A stretch of DNA of 64,000 bases. Source: an uncultured delta proteobacterium (GTDB lineage Bacteria > Desulfobacterota > Binatia > UBA9968). Below are positions 41,999 through 52,269 of this stretch, one piece after another. The notes below the pieces were generated by a model. The model searched no databases. It saw only the letters and a program-made list of their open reading frames with translations, and had not been told where the DNA came from. Position 1 is the stretch's first letter. The number at the start of each line of letters is the position of its first letter. A program made the position numbers and the translations under genes. The stretch covers positions 277,313-341,312 of the forward strand of contig CAVXEP010000019.1 in NCBI GenBank assembly GCA_963760795.1, written 5' to 3'.

Positions 41999-43996
41999 AT
42001 GTTGACGACACTTGAAAAGATCATCGTTTGTTTTGCTCGCCGCCGGCTCGCTTTACTACGGCGGCAGAGGATTTACGACGTTTACCGGGCCATCGCCCGG
42101 GGCAAGCCGGATGCACGCTTCGACAATCTGGCGGACCGCATCCGCCGTGCCCTGTGGATCGTTCTAACCCAACAAAGCGTGTTCAAGAAGCGGCCGGTGG
42201 TGTCGTTGCTCCACGCGATGATCTTTTACGGATTTATATTTTACTTCCTGGTTAATCTTGTCGATGTTCTGGAAGGCTTCTTCGGCATCCATGCCCGCGG
42301 CGGTCTCTGGAATTTATTTAATATCGCCGGCGATCTGCTAACCGCCAGTGTGCTGACGGGCATGGTCGGCATGGTGATTCGCCGTCTGCTGGTTAAGCCG
42401 CAGGATTTCGCCTTTGCCGAGAATACTCCGGTGCAACCGGAAGTGCGCGCCGGTATATTTCGCGACTCGACGTTTGTCGCGTCCTTCATCATCTTTCACG
42501 TCGGCTGCCGGCTGCTGTTCAAGGCGACGCAGCTGGCCCAGCAGGGCGACGATCCGTTTCAGCCGGTGAGTTCGCTGTTCGCCGGACTCTTTACTGGCTT
42601 CGCTCCCGGCGTCCTCGAAGTCCTCAATCATTTTTATTGGTGGGGCGCGCTGGGTTCGATCTTGCTGTTCATTCCCTACTTCCCGCGCTCCAAACATATT
42701 CATATTTTCCTCGCGCCGATCAATTTGGCTTTGAACAAGGACAAGCCCGGCGTGCTGCAACCGATGGACTTCGAGAAGGAAGAGACCTTCGGCGCGGCAA
42801 AACTGGAGGATTTTACCTGGCCGCGCTTGTTAGACTCGTACAGCTGCATCATGTGCAATCGCTGCCAGGATGTCTGCCCCGCGTCCAACACCGGCAAGGC
42901 GCTCAGCCCGGCGGCCATGCTTATCAACGAGCGCTATGAGCTCAACAAGATTTTTCCCAGCTTCTCCCAAGGGCAGGAGAGCCCGCGGCCGCTGCTCGAC
43001 TTCGCCCTTAACGAAGAGTCGGCCTGGGCCTGCACGACTTGCAACGCTTGCATTGAAGTCTGTCCGGTGGGCAACGAGCAGATGCTGCATATCATCGACG
43101 TGCGCCGCGAGCGGGTGCTGGGCGCGGCTGAGTTTCCCAAAGGACTGCAAAATACTTTCAATCACATGGAGCGCGCCGGCAACCCATTCGGCATGCCGGT
43201 CGATGAGCGCGTCGCGTGGACGAAGGGATTGCCGTTCCCGGTGCCGACTTTGGCCGAAAAGCCCGATCCTGAAGTGCTTTACTGGGTCGGTTGTGCCGTC
43301 GCTTTCGATCCGCGGGCGCAAAAGATCGCTCAGAGCATGGCGACGATATTCAACGCCGCCGGACTGGACTGGGCGGTGCTCGGCAAGGACGAGAAGTGCA
43401 CCGGCGACACGGCGCGGCGCACCGGCAACGAATATTTATTCGTCCAGATGGCCGAAGAAAATATCGGCGTGCTGAACGAGATCAAAGCCAAAACCATCGT
43501 CACTACTTGTCCGCATTGCTTTCACACCATCGCCAACGAGTATCCGCAGTTCGGCGGCAATTATGTCGTCAAGCACCATACCGACTTCATCGATGAGTTG
43601 GTCAAAAGCGGCAAGGTAAAGCTCTCTAGCGATAACCACGGCTCGGTGACCTATCACGACCCCTGTTATCTCGGGCGGCATAACGGCATCTACGATCAGC
43701 CGCGCGGCTTGATCGAGTCCACCGGCGCCAAGTTGACCGAGACCAGCCGCAATCGCAGCAATAGCTTCTGTTGCGGCGCCGGCGGCGGCCAGTTCTGGAA
43801 AGAAGAAGAAAAGGGCAAGGAGCGGGTCAGCACCAACCGCTACCGCGAGTTGAAAGAGACCGGCGCCAAAACCGTCGCCACCGGCTGTCCGTTTTGCATG
43901 CGCATGCTGACCGAGGAGACTGCGAAAGAGGAGCCGGAGACCGCCATGGAAGTCTTGGATATCGCTGAGATCGTCGCCCGCAGCCTCAGCAAATAA
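41999..43996 (+). CDS. membrane-bound Fe-S oxidoreductase (FadF/HdrD-like, 2x[4Fe-4S] plus CCG domains)
   Basis: TM N-terminus, CIMCNRCQDVCP, CTTCNACIEVCP, CTG, CPHC, HDPC, CCGAGG, CPFC. Confidence 0.9.
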   Translation: MLTTLEKIIVCFARRRLALLRRQRIYDVYRAIARGKPDARFDNLADRIRRALWIVLTQQSVFKKRPVVSLLHAMIFYGFIFYFLVNLVDVLEGFFGIHARGGLWNLFNIAGDLLTASVLTGMVGMVIRRLLVKPQDFAFAENTPVQPEVRAGIFRDSTFVASFIIFHVGCRLLFKATQLAQQGDDPFQPVSSLFAGLFTGFAPGVLEVLNHFYWWGALGSILLFIPYFPRSKHIHIFLAPINLALNKDKPGVLQPMDFEKEETFGAAKLEDFTWPRLLDSYSCIMCNRCQDVCPASNTGKALSPAAMLINERYELNKIFPSFSQGQESPRPLLDFALNEESAWACTTCNACIEVCPVGNEQMLHIIDVRRERVLGAAEFPKGLQNTFNHMERAGNPFGMPVDERVAWTKGLPFPVPTLAEKPDPEVLYWVGCAVAFDPRAQKIAQSMATIFNAAGLDWAVLGKDEKCTGDTARRTGNEYLFVQMAEENIGVLNEIKAKTIVTTCPHCFHTIANEYPQFGGNYVVKHHTDFIDELVKSGKVKLSSDNHGSVTYHDPCYLGRHNGIYDQPRGLIESTGAKLTETSRNRSNSFCCGAGGGQFWKEEEKGKERVSTNRYRELKETGAKTVATGCPFCMRMLTEETAKEEPETAMEVLDIAEIVARSLSK

Positions 43997-43997
43997 T

Positions 43998-44459
43998 ATG
44001 CGCAACTATGGCAGTGCGCTCAGCGCTTTTGTTTGGCTGTTTGTCTTAACCGTATCCGCGTGCGATGCCCAACCCAAAGTGACCATTATCACCAAAGACG
44101 GCCGGCAAGTCGGCTTTCACGTGGAAGTCGCCGACACTCCCGGTAAGCGCGAGATGGGGTTGATGTACCGCACCGATCTGGCCGACGACCGCGGCATGAT
44201 TTTTCTCTTTCCCAACGAGTCGCAGCAGTCCTTCTGGATGAAGAACACGCCGCGGCCGTTGGACATGATCTTCATCGGCCGCGACCGCAAGATCGTCGGT
44301 ATCGTCGAGCAAGCTACGCCTTTTTCACTCGACCCGCGCTTCGTCGAGGGGAAGAGCCAGTTCGTGTTTGAAATCAACGGCGGCCTATCGAAACGACATG
44401 GCTTCAAAGCCGGTGATGCAGTGCAATTCGACGGCTTCAATGCCGATGTCCGCCAATAA
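43998..44459 (+). CDS. DUF192 family exported protein
   Basis: VEVADT, GLMYR, GMIF, FWMKNT, LDMIFI. Confidence 0.9.
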   Translation: MRNYGSALSAFVWLFVLTVSACDAQPKVTIITKDGRQVGFHVEVADTPGKREMGLMYRTDLADDRGMIFLFPNESQQSFWMKNTPRPLDMIFIGRDRKIVGIVEQATPFSLDPRFVEGKSQFVFEINGGLSKRHGFKAGDAVQFDGFNADVRQ

Positions 44460-44497
44460 AAAAGGGACCGAAAGCGCCGGCCTTCGATCCCTTCTTG
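44458..44497. terminator. probable bidirectional terminator
   Basis: A-run + gggaccgaa...ttcgatccc + T-rich tail between convergent genes. Confidence 0.55.
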
Positions 44498-44515
44498 CAC
44501 CGATCTGATTTGGTT

Positions 44516-45583
44516 TTAGATCTCGCTGAAAAAATAGGGCCGTACAGGTGCCAGTTTCTCCTCGTAGGTGTCGGGATACATAAACCACAGCGAGGCGGCG
44601 ATGCTGCTCAACAGCGAGTTGCCATCTTGGGGCGTGAAACAGGTGCCGATGACTTCCTTGTCGTTATGGATCGCCAGGCTCTGGGCGACGATCACCGTCT
44701 GGTTGAGAATCCGGCCGAATAGACCATGGTCGCGGCCAAACGAAAATACCGATGCCGACGATGCCTTGTTGGTCATCGCCACTCGGCGCGTCGAACCGAA
44801 CCGGCGCATAAGTTCGTCCATTTCAATGGCGCGCCGGAGCCGCAGATTGAAATGAATCGTGTGCATGTACTGGGTATTGAGCTTCAAAGCTGAGGAGAAA
44901 ATATTCAAATCCAGTCCCACTGTCTTGAATAACGCGTGGGCGTCATGTCCCTGGTGGGTGCCGTATTTTTTGTCGTCATGCTTGCCCGCCTCGGGCGCCG
45001 GAATGAAGTCGCCTTCCTGACTCAAATCGTTGGCGCGCCGCATGCACACAAAGCGGCTTTCGGCCAGGTTGTCTTCCTTCTCGGGACCCAATGCGATGGT
45101 GTCGATCAGCACAGCCAAGTTATGGGTGTTGCAGCTGACCACCTGGATGAACTGGTCCTGGCCTTGGACCAGCGCCTTGTCGTTGATGCCGCGCGCGTAT
45201 TTCTTGCCGAAGCCGTCTTCGCTGCCCTGGGCGATGAAGCCGCGGCCGTTATTGGCGTATTTGTTATAGAGTTTTTCTTTATTCTTATTGCCGACCGGCG
45301 TGCAATCGATGACGACGCTGGCGCGCTCGATCGCCTCTTCGGCTTCGAAGCTGGGCGTCATACCCATTTCAATAAACTTGTGCCGGCTCTCCTTGTCGAC
45401 GGCCAGTTTGGCGCCATTGGCGCAGGAGACTTGGACTTTGGAGCGGTCGGTGAGCAGCGGCGTGCGCTTATGAAACGTCACTTCGTCGATGCCAAACTGC
45501 TCTTTGAAGGTAGAAAGAATGCCTACCAGCGGTTCGCCGATAGTGCCGGTGCCGACGATGTGAACGATTTTTTTTTGTGCCAT
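44516..45583 (-). CDS. archaeal-type (class II) glyceraldehyde-3-phosphate dehydrogenase-like protein
   Basis: GTGTIG Rossmann loop, VIDCTP, AQGSE, catalytic VVSCNT, RRANDL, MHT. Confidence 0.72.
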   Translation of the reverse strand: MAQKKIVHIVGTGTIGEPLVGILSTFKEQFGIDEVTFHKRTPLLTDRSKVQVSCANGAKLAVDKESRHKFIEMGMTPSFEAEEAIERASVVIDCTPVGNKNKEKLYNKYANNGRGFIAQGSEDGFGKKYARGINDKALVQGQDQFIQVVSCNTHNLAVLIDTIALGPEKEDNLAESRFVCMRRANDLSQEGDFIPAPEAGKHDDKKYGTHQGHDAHALFKTVGLDLNIFSSALKLNTQYMHTIHFNLRLRRAIEMDELMRRFGSTRRVAMTNKASSASVFSFGRDHGLFGRILNQTVIVAQSLAIHNDKEVIGTCFTPQDGNSLLSSIAASLWFMYPDTYEEKLAPVRPYFFSEI

Positions 45584-45717
45584 GGTCCTCTGCCTGCCGA
45601 ATTGATGGGCGAATACTTAGCCCAACGGCCAGCTGCGATCAATAGATTATTAGCCGCGATGAGCTGGTTTTTAGCTGTAAATCCTCTATCTTTGAAATAT
45701 AAGCGAGGTGAAATGCC

Positions 45718-47168
45718 ATGGCAGACACGCCGGTTCCAGCCCAATCGTTCTTCGATCGAAACTTCGGCATCCGTAACCAAGACCTGGAAAAGGTCATCGA
45801 CGCGGCCTTGGGAAAAAAAGCCGACTACGCCGACTTGTTTTTCGAATACCGGCGCAACGAGGGCGTCAGTTTGGAAGAGGGGATGGTCAAGAACTGTTCC
45901 CAGTCGACTTCCAACGGCGTCGGCGTGCGGGTGCTGGCGGAAACCAAGACGGGTTACGCGTACACCGACGACATTACTATCGAAAACCTGGAGATCGCCG
46001 CCCGCACGGCGCAGTACATCGCCCAGAGCCGCGCCGGCCCAAGCTGCCGGCGCAGATTGGCCAGCGCCCTGGCGCGGCCCATGATCTTTACGCGATCAAG
46101 ACCCCGGTCAACGATGTTCCTTTGGACCGGAAAGTTTCCCTGCTCTACGAGATCGATAAGTTTACCCGCGCCCTCGATCCGCGGGTGAAAAATGTCTTCG
46201 CCTCCATCGGCGCTGAGTACAAAGTGATTCTGGTCGCCTCGTCGCAGGGCTTGGTGGTCGGCGACATCCAGCCGCTGACGCGCCTCAACGTCACCTGCAT
46301 CGTCGAGGAAAACGGCAACCGCCAGGTCGGCAGTTTCGGCGGCGGCGGCCGGGTCGAGTTTGGTTTCTTTGTCGACGGCCGCGACTACGAACGCTACGCC
46401 CGCGAAGCGGTGCGCCAGGCGGTGTTGAACCTGAGCGCCGAAGACGCGCCGGCGGGAACGATGGATGTGGTGCTTGGCCCCGGCTGGCCGGGTATCTTGT
46501 TGCACGAAGCCATCGGCCATGGCCTCGAAGGCGACTTCAACCGCAAGGGAACTTCGGCTTTCAGTGGCCGCATCGGCGAAAAGGTCGCTTCCGAACTGTG
46601 CACCGTGGTCGACGACGGCACGATCCCGTCGCGCCGCGGCTCGATCAACGTCGATGACGAGGGCACGCCCACGGGCCGAACCACGCTGATCGAGAAGGGC
46701 ATTCTCAAAGGCTATTTGCAGGACAAGCTTAACGCCGGCTTGATGAAGATGGCGCTCACCGGCAACGGCCGGCGCGAAAGCTACGCGCATATTCCCATGC
46801 CGCGCATGACCAACACCTTCATGCTCGCCGGCGAGTCGGCGCCGGAAGATATTTTGCGTTCGGTGAAAAAAGGTCTTTACGCGGTTTCCTTCGGCGGCGG
46901 CCAGGTCGATATCACCAGCGGCAAATTCGTATTTTCCGCCAGCGAGGCTTACTTGATCGAAGACGGCAAGGTCACCAAACCGGTGAAGGGCGCGACCCTG
47001 ATCGGCAACGGCCCGGATGTGCTGACGCGGGTGTCGATGGTCGGCGCGGACTTGAAGCTCGACGAAGGCGTCGGCACCTGCGGCAAGGACGGTCAGTCGG
47101 TGCCCGTCGGCGTCGGCATGCCGACGATCAAAATCGATGGATTAACAGTCGGGGGGACAAGAGCCTAA
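45718..47168 (+). CDS. tldD: metalloprotease TldD (frameshift near 46040)
   Basis: [43 protein letters not shown]. Confidence 0.95.
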
Positions 47169-47177
47169 TCTTGAACT

Positions 47178-47278
47178 CGGTTCCAGAGGTTCCAATGGTT
47201 CCAAAAGTTCCATTGTCCGGAATCGCTGTCGACAGAAACGATTGGAACGACTGGAACCTCTGGAGCGATTGGAACTGA
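47178..47278. repeat. inverted array of 9-bp GTTCCA units
   Basis: gttccagag gttccaatg gttccaaaa gttcca ... ttggaacga ctggaacct ctggagcga ttggaac. Confidence 0.8.
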
Positions 47279-47291
47279 AGATCGGAAAACC

Positions 47292-48648
47292 ATGGAACGC
47301 TGCGAATTAAACCAAGAACTCGGCCGCGAATTACTCGACATTGCCATGAAGAAGGGCGCATCGTCCGGCGACGTCGTGATGGTCGAAGGCGATTCGTTCT
47401 TCGTCACCGTGCGCATGGGCGAGGTCGAAAAGATCAGCCAGGCCGGCGAGAAGCGGTTGGGCGTGCGCTTGTTTCTCGGCAACAGCTCGGCGTCGGCATC
47501 GACCTCGGATATTTCGAAAAAATCGCTTGAAAAGTTGGTCGACGACACGGTGCTGATGGCCCGCGCCACTGCCCAAGATCCCAGCGGCGGTTTGCCGGCG
47601 GCGGAGATGCTGGCGCGGGATATCCCGGATCTCGATCTGATCGATACCAGTGCGCGAAATATCGCCGTCGACGACAAGATTCAGATCGCCTTGGCGACCG
47701 AGAAAGCCGCCCTCGCCTACGACGCGCGCATCACCAACTCCGAGGGCGCGGAGTTTTCCAATCATTTCGGTCGGGTCGTCTATGTCAGCAGTCACGGCTT
47801 CGCCGGCGAATATGCCGGTTCGACCTTCGGCCATTCGGTGTCGCCGGTGGCGAAGCAAGACGGTGCGATGCAGCGCGACTACTGGTATTCCTCGACGCGG
47901 AAGTTCGCCAATCTTGAATCGTCGCAACATGTCGGTGAAAGAGCCGCACAGCGCGTGCTGCGCCGGTTGGGCGGGCGCAAGGTCAAGACCTGCGAGGTTC
48001 CGGTGGTGTTCGATCCGGATATGGCCGCATCGCTGTTGCGCAGCTTGGCGTCGGCGCTGTCGGGCTACGCGCTGTACAAAGGCGCGTCGTTTTTGGCCGG
48101 CAAGCTCGGCGCGAAGATCGGCTCGGATCTATTGACCGTGATCGACGACGGCACCATCGTCGGCGGCCATGGCTCGCGTCCCTTTCGATGCCGAAGGGTT
48201 GCCGATCAAGAAGAAAATCGTCGTCGAAAAGGGCGAGCTGAAAAGTTATTTACTCGACACCTACAGCGGCAAGAAGCTCGGCATGCCGTCCACCGGCAAC
48301 GCCTCGCGCTCGGTCGGCGAGCCCCCCGGCGTATCGCCGGCGAATTTTTACCTCACGCCCGGCACGCAGACGCCCGAGCAGATCGTCGGTTCGATTAAAT
48401 CAGGTTTGTATATCACCGAAATGATCGGCTCCGGCGTCAACATGATCACCGGCGACTACTCCCGCGGCGCCGCCGGCATGTGGATCGAAAACGGCGAGCT
48501 CGCCTATCCCGTCGAGGAGATCACCGTCGCCGGCAATTTGAAAGAAATGTTGCTCAACATCGAAATGGCCGGCAACGACCTCGAAATGCGCGGCCGCATC
48601 GCCGCGCCGACGGTGAAGCTCTCGAAGATGACGGTGGCCGGGGAGTGA
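47292..48648 (+). CDS. pmbA: TldE/PmbA protein (frameshift near 48180)
   Basis: MQRDYWY, PFDAEG, GVNMITGDYSRGAAG, EEITVAGN; follows tldD. Confidence 0.92.
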
Positions 48649-48684
48649 CCGGCTCAATGCAGAGTGCACAATGAAAATTGCAAA

Positions 48685-49188
48685 ATGCCAAGTGACAGAG
48701 CGGATTCGTCGGAGCGGCTGCTAGAGTTTAGCGCCGACGTTGTTAAGTTCACAACTTCCTTCCGTCATTCCGGCGTAGGCCGGAATCCAGGTTTCTGTGA
48801 CCTTGCAGTGAAAACGAAGATGGATGCCGGCCTGCGCCGGCATGACTAATCTCTTTGCCTGACGACGAGGGATTCCAACCATCCCCAAGTGGGACATTAA
48901 GTTGAATAGATCCGCTGCCGGTTACCATATTGCAAGTCAATTGATGCGCGCTGCTACATCCTTGGCGCGAATTATGAAGAAGCTTGCGCCGCCGAGAGTC
49001 GTGCGGATTTCATCCACAAAATGCAGATCGTCTTGAAGGAGATCCGTGAAGCCCGTTATTGGCTGAAACTGATCGATAAAGTCGGTCTGTTCCCGGAAAG
49101 CAGCCTCCCTGTCCTGCTACGTGAATCCGATGAGCTGGTAAAAATATTTGCCAAGTCGGTTATCACCGCCAAACGTCCCATCCGATAA
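48685..49188 (+). pseudogene. four-helix-bundle (23S rRNA IVP / TIGR02436-like) gene disrupted by a 142-bp insertion
   Basis: ERLLEFSADVVKFT | IKLNRSAAGYHIASQLMRAATS | GANYEEACAAESRADFIHKMQIVLKEIREARYWL...; missed by the ORF track. Confidence 0.85.
48755..48896. mobile_element. REP-containing (CGTC-type) non-autonomous insertion
   Basis: cgtcattccggcgtaggccggaatcc ... ggatgccggcctgcgccggcatgac; removing 142 bp rejoins the reading frame. Confidence 0.75.
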
Positions 49189-49246
49189 TTTTGCATTTTG
49201 CACTCTGCATTCTGCAATTTGCCTTGTGAGTCTCGCCCTTCACGCC

Positions 49247-50231
49247 TCACCGAATTACTTTATCCGCCCGCACCAAGACATTCGGCGGGATCGTCAGGCC
49301 GATTTGCTTGGCTGCTTTCAGATTGACGATGAACTCGAATTTCTTCGGTTGCTCGACTGGAATTTCGCCGGGCTTGTCGCCTTTCAAAATCTTGTCGACA
49401 TAGGTGGCGGCGCGGCGGAACAATTCGGGATAATTCGGGCCGTAGGTCATGAGTCCGCCGGCGTCGCTATATTCGGGTTGCCTGTAGCTCGCCGGCAGCC
49501 GATGCTTGTTTACTAAATCGATGACTCTTTGGCGCTGGACATTGAAGATGGGATTGCCCAACACCAGTATCGCATCGGCGCGCCCCTTGGCGGCAGTCCG
49601 GATCACGGGCTCGATGTCCTTGGCTTCTTGGACGTCCAGATAACTAAGATAAATCTGGTAGGCGCCGGCCGCGAGCACGGCTTCTCTTAATGCCAGAGCG
49701 TCGCCGGGATTGGCCGAATTGCCAATGATCGCCATGCGCGAAAGTTTGGGAATGATTTCTTTCATTAGCTCCAGTTGCTTGCCGCTCATTTCCGGTCCCA
49801 TTGAGGACAGTCCAGTGATGTTGCCACCTGGCCGCGCCAGGCTTGCCGCAAAGCCATTGCCTACCGGATCGGTATCCTGCGCCATCACGATCGGTATGGC
49901 CGACGTTGCTTCTTTGAGGGGACGGGTGACTGACGGCCCGCCAGAGACGATGAGGTCGACTTTGAGTCGCACGAGTTCGGCGACAATCTCACTGCGGCGC
50001 TCGGCTTTGCCTTCTGACGAGCGCCACTCAATGGCAATGTTCTTGCCCTCGACGTAGCCCAACTCGCGCAGACCTTGGCGAAACCCTTCGATGCGTGCCG
50101 CGATGGAAGCAAGCGGCGAGTCGAGCTGGAATCCGATACGGTGAAGTTTCGCCGCCTGCTGCGCGTTCGTGAGGAGCGACCGTTGCCAGAAAGACGGTTG
50201 TCGTTAGCCAGAGGATAATTTTTATGTTCAT
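49247..50231 (-). CDS. ABC transporter substrate-binding protein, COG2984 type (5' frameshifts)
   Basis: GYVEGKNI, ASLARPGGNITG, GGLMTYG, PVEQPKKFEFIVNLKAAKQIG. Confidence 0.9.
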
Positions 50232-50272
50232 GGATTTCTCTCTTACTAATGCTGTTGCCTCACGCCTTGCGA

Positions 50273-50380
50273 CTATCGAATCACTTTGTCTGCCCGGTAC
50301 AACAGCGACTGCGAAATCGTCAGGCCGATCTGCTCCAGCCTCTTAACAGTAAACACGAGGTCAAACTTCTTTGGCTGTTC
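50273..50380 (-). pseudogene. orphan 3'-end fragment of a COG2984 gene
   Basis: EQPKKFDLVFTVKRLEQIGLTISQSLLYRADKVIR*. Confidence 0.85.
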
Positions 50381-50418
50381 GCATTGACGAATCTCAGCCA
50401 GGCGAATACTCTGTGCAT

Positions 50419-50664
50419 ATGAAGCCCGCTCAACAGAAGGTCTTGGAAGAGGTATTGCGCTTGCCGCTAGCGGCGCGCGCAGCCCTGGTTGGCCACCTAT
50501 TGGATAGCTTGGACGATGTCGTCGATGAAGATGCTGAATCGGTGTGGAGTAAAGAGATCGCCCGCCGTATCGACGACCTCGATCGGGGAAAAGTAAAAAC
50601 GGTTCCCTGGTCGGTGGCACGCCGGCAAATCCTCGGGCGATCCGGTGGCCGCTCCAAGCGTTAG
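50419..50664 (+). CDS. addiction-module antitoxin (TIGR02574-like)
   Basis: LRLPLAARAALVGHLLDSL...WSKEIARR...GKVKTVPW. Confidence 0.88.
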   Translation: MKPAQQKVLEEVLRLPLAARAALVGHLLDSLDDVVDEDAESVWSKEIARRIDDLDRGKVKTVPWSVARRQILGRSGGRSKR

Positions 50665-50947
50665 ATTTCACCCCAGCGCTATCGCTGAAGCCAAGGCGGC
50701 TCACGATTGGTATGCCAAGCGCAATCCTTCTGCCGCTGCGGCCTTTATGGCGGCCCTCGACGATGCCATCAGTGTCATCCGCAACAGTCCGGCGCGCTGG
50801 CCGCAGCATTCGCACGACACCAGGAAATATCTTCTTCGCCGATATCCCTACTCTGTGATTTATCGAATTACCGACGCAACGATCCAGGTCGTAGCTGTAG
50901 CGCATGGACGCCGCCGTCCTGGTTACTGGCGCAGAAGAAGTCTGTAA
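50645..50947 (+). CDS. RelE/ParE family toxin
   Basis: FHPSAIAE..AAHDWY, RYPYSVIYR, VVAVAHGRRRPGYW; overlaps the antitoxin. Confidence 0.9.
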   Translation: MAAPSVRFHPSAIAEAKAAHDWYAKRNPSAAAAFMAALDDAISVIRNSPARWPQHSHDTRKYLLRRYPYSVIYRITDATIQVVAVAHGRRRPGYWRRRSL

Positions 50948-51034
50948 TTCTAAACAAGCGGCAAAATTTTTCATACTGCTCCTAACCCCCAATTCGCATA
51001 CTATCGTTGGTTAGTTTTCTGTCTCGTACTGTCG

Positions 51035-52090
51035 TCACCGAATCACCCGATCCGCCCGCGTCAGCACATTCGGCGGAATCGTCAGGCCGATTTGCTTGGC
51101 GGTCTTGAGATTGATCACCAGTTCAAACTTACTCGGCTGTTCCACTGGCAGGTCCGCTGGGTTCGCGCCCTTCAATATTTTGTCCATGTAAACCGCGGCG
51201 CGCTTGAAACTCTCGACATCGTCGGTGTTGTAGGACATCAGACCGCCGGCTTCGACGAAATCGTTGCCGTCGAATATCGACGGCAACCGTTGCTCGATGG
51301 CGAAGTTCACGAGCGCTTTTTGCTGAGCATTGACCAGGCCGCTCCTGATCGCGATGAGCGCGTTCAACTGCGCCTGTGCCGCAGCTCTAAACGCATTGTC
51401 CATATCGGCTTTTACGCCGCGGACCTCGATCGATTGCAGCGCTAGCTTCAACGGGCGCGCCGCTGCTTCATATTGTTTAAACGCGATCGTCGAACCTTCA
51501 TCGTCAGCGGCCCAGATGATGCCGATGCGCGAGACCGCCGGGACGGCTTCTTTGAGCAATTCCAGCCGTTTCCCACCGAGTTCCCGGGTGAGGCGGGCGA
51601 GGCCGGTGATATTTCCACCCGGCCGTGCCAGGCTGTCGACGATTCCGGTCGCGACCGGATCCTGAGTCGTCACCATGACGATGGGAATGGTCTTGGTCGC
51701 TTGCTTGACCGCGAGGATTGCCTGAAAGGGGACGGCGACAAAGAGATCGACCTTCTGGCGCGCGAGCTCGGCGGCGATCTCGGAATACCCGTTCGGGTTG
51801 CCGGCAACGTAACGATAATCGACAAGGAGATTCTTGTCCTCGATATAGCCGAGATCCCGCAACCCTTGCCGGAATGCCATGGTGCGGGAGTCGGTAGCGG
51901 GAGGACCGAGATAGCCGATCCGCGGGATTTTCGTTGGCTGCTGCGCCTCGACCCCGCCCGCCAATCCTACGAAGGCGAGAACGAGGGTGACAATCCGCCC
52001 CCATTTTAGTCTGCGGGGCCGCTTTTGGATTTTGGATTTTGGATTATCGGATGGAAGCCACGGAATTGCAGTCCTCAGTATCTTTGTCAT
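51035..52090 (-). CDS. ABC transporter substrate-binding protein, COG2984 type
   Basis: PRIGYL, DSLARPGGNITG, GANPADLPVEQPSKFELVINLKTAKQIG. Confidence 0.92.
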   Translation of the reverse strand: MTKILRTAIPWLPSDNPKSKIQKRPRRLKWGRIVTLVLAFVGLAGGVEAQQPTKIPRIGYLGPPATDSRTMAFRQGLRDLGYIEDKNLLVDYRYVAGNPNGYSEIAAELARQKVDLFVAVPFQAILAVKQATKTIPIVMVTTQDPVATGIVDSLARPGGNITGLARLTRELGGKRLELLKEAVPAVSRIGIIWAADDEGSTIAFKQYEAAARPLKLALQSIEVRGVKADMDNAFRAAAQAQLNALIAIRSGLVNAQQKALVNFAIEQRLPSIFDGNDFVEAGGLMSYNTDDVESFKRAAVYMDKILKGANPADLPVEQPSKFELVINLKTAKQIGLTIPPNVLTRADRVIR

Positions 52091-52134
52091 GCCTTAGTCC
52101 TCCAATCCAAAATCCAAAATCACACATCCAAAAT
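52023..52134. repeat. inverted heptamer (TTTTGGA / TCCAAAA) arrays straddling the gene start
   Basis: ttttggattttggattttggatt vs aatccaaaatccaaaat...atccaaaa. Confidence 0.8.
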
Positions 52135-52218
52135 TCACCGAATGACCCGATCCGCCCTTACCAACACATTGGGCGGGATCGTCAGGCCGATCTGCTTGGC
52201 TGCTTTGAGATTGACGAT
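52135..52218 (-). pseudogene. orphan 3'-end fragment of a COG2984 gene
   Basis: IVNLKAAKQIGLTIPPNVLVRADRVIR*; differs by one residue from the C-terminus of the 49247 gene. Confidence 0.9.
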
Positions 52219-52269
52219 GCGCGATATCGGCGTCGCGTCGCGTTCAACTCCATGTCGGCGATCGGTGGA

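Noticed and set aside
45718-48648. TldD/PmbA as part of a RiPP cluster
   Set aside because: No YcaO, precursor or modification genes nearby; ordinary housekeeping pair
50273-50992. 239-aa minus-strand ORF
   Set aside because: Antisense shadow of the TA pair that runs into the orphan COG2984 3' fragment
48685-52218. Diversity-generating retroelement (Avd-like gene plus repeated 3' ends as TR/VR)
   Set aside because: No reverse transcriptase in the window; differences between repeat copies look mostly synonymous rather than adenine-specific; the target is not a C-type lectin or Ig fold
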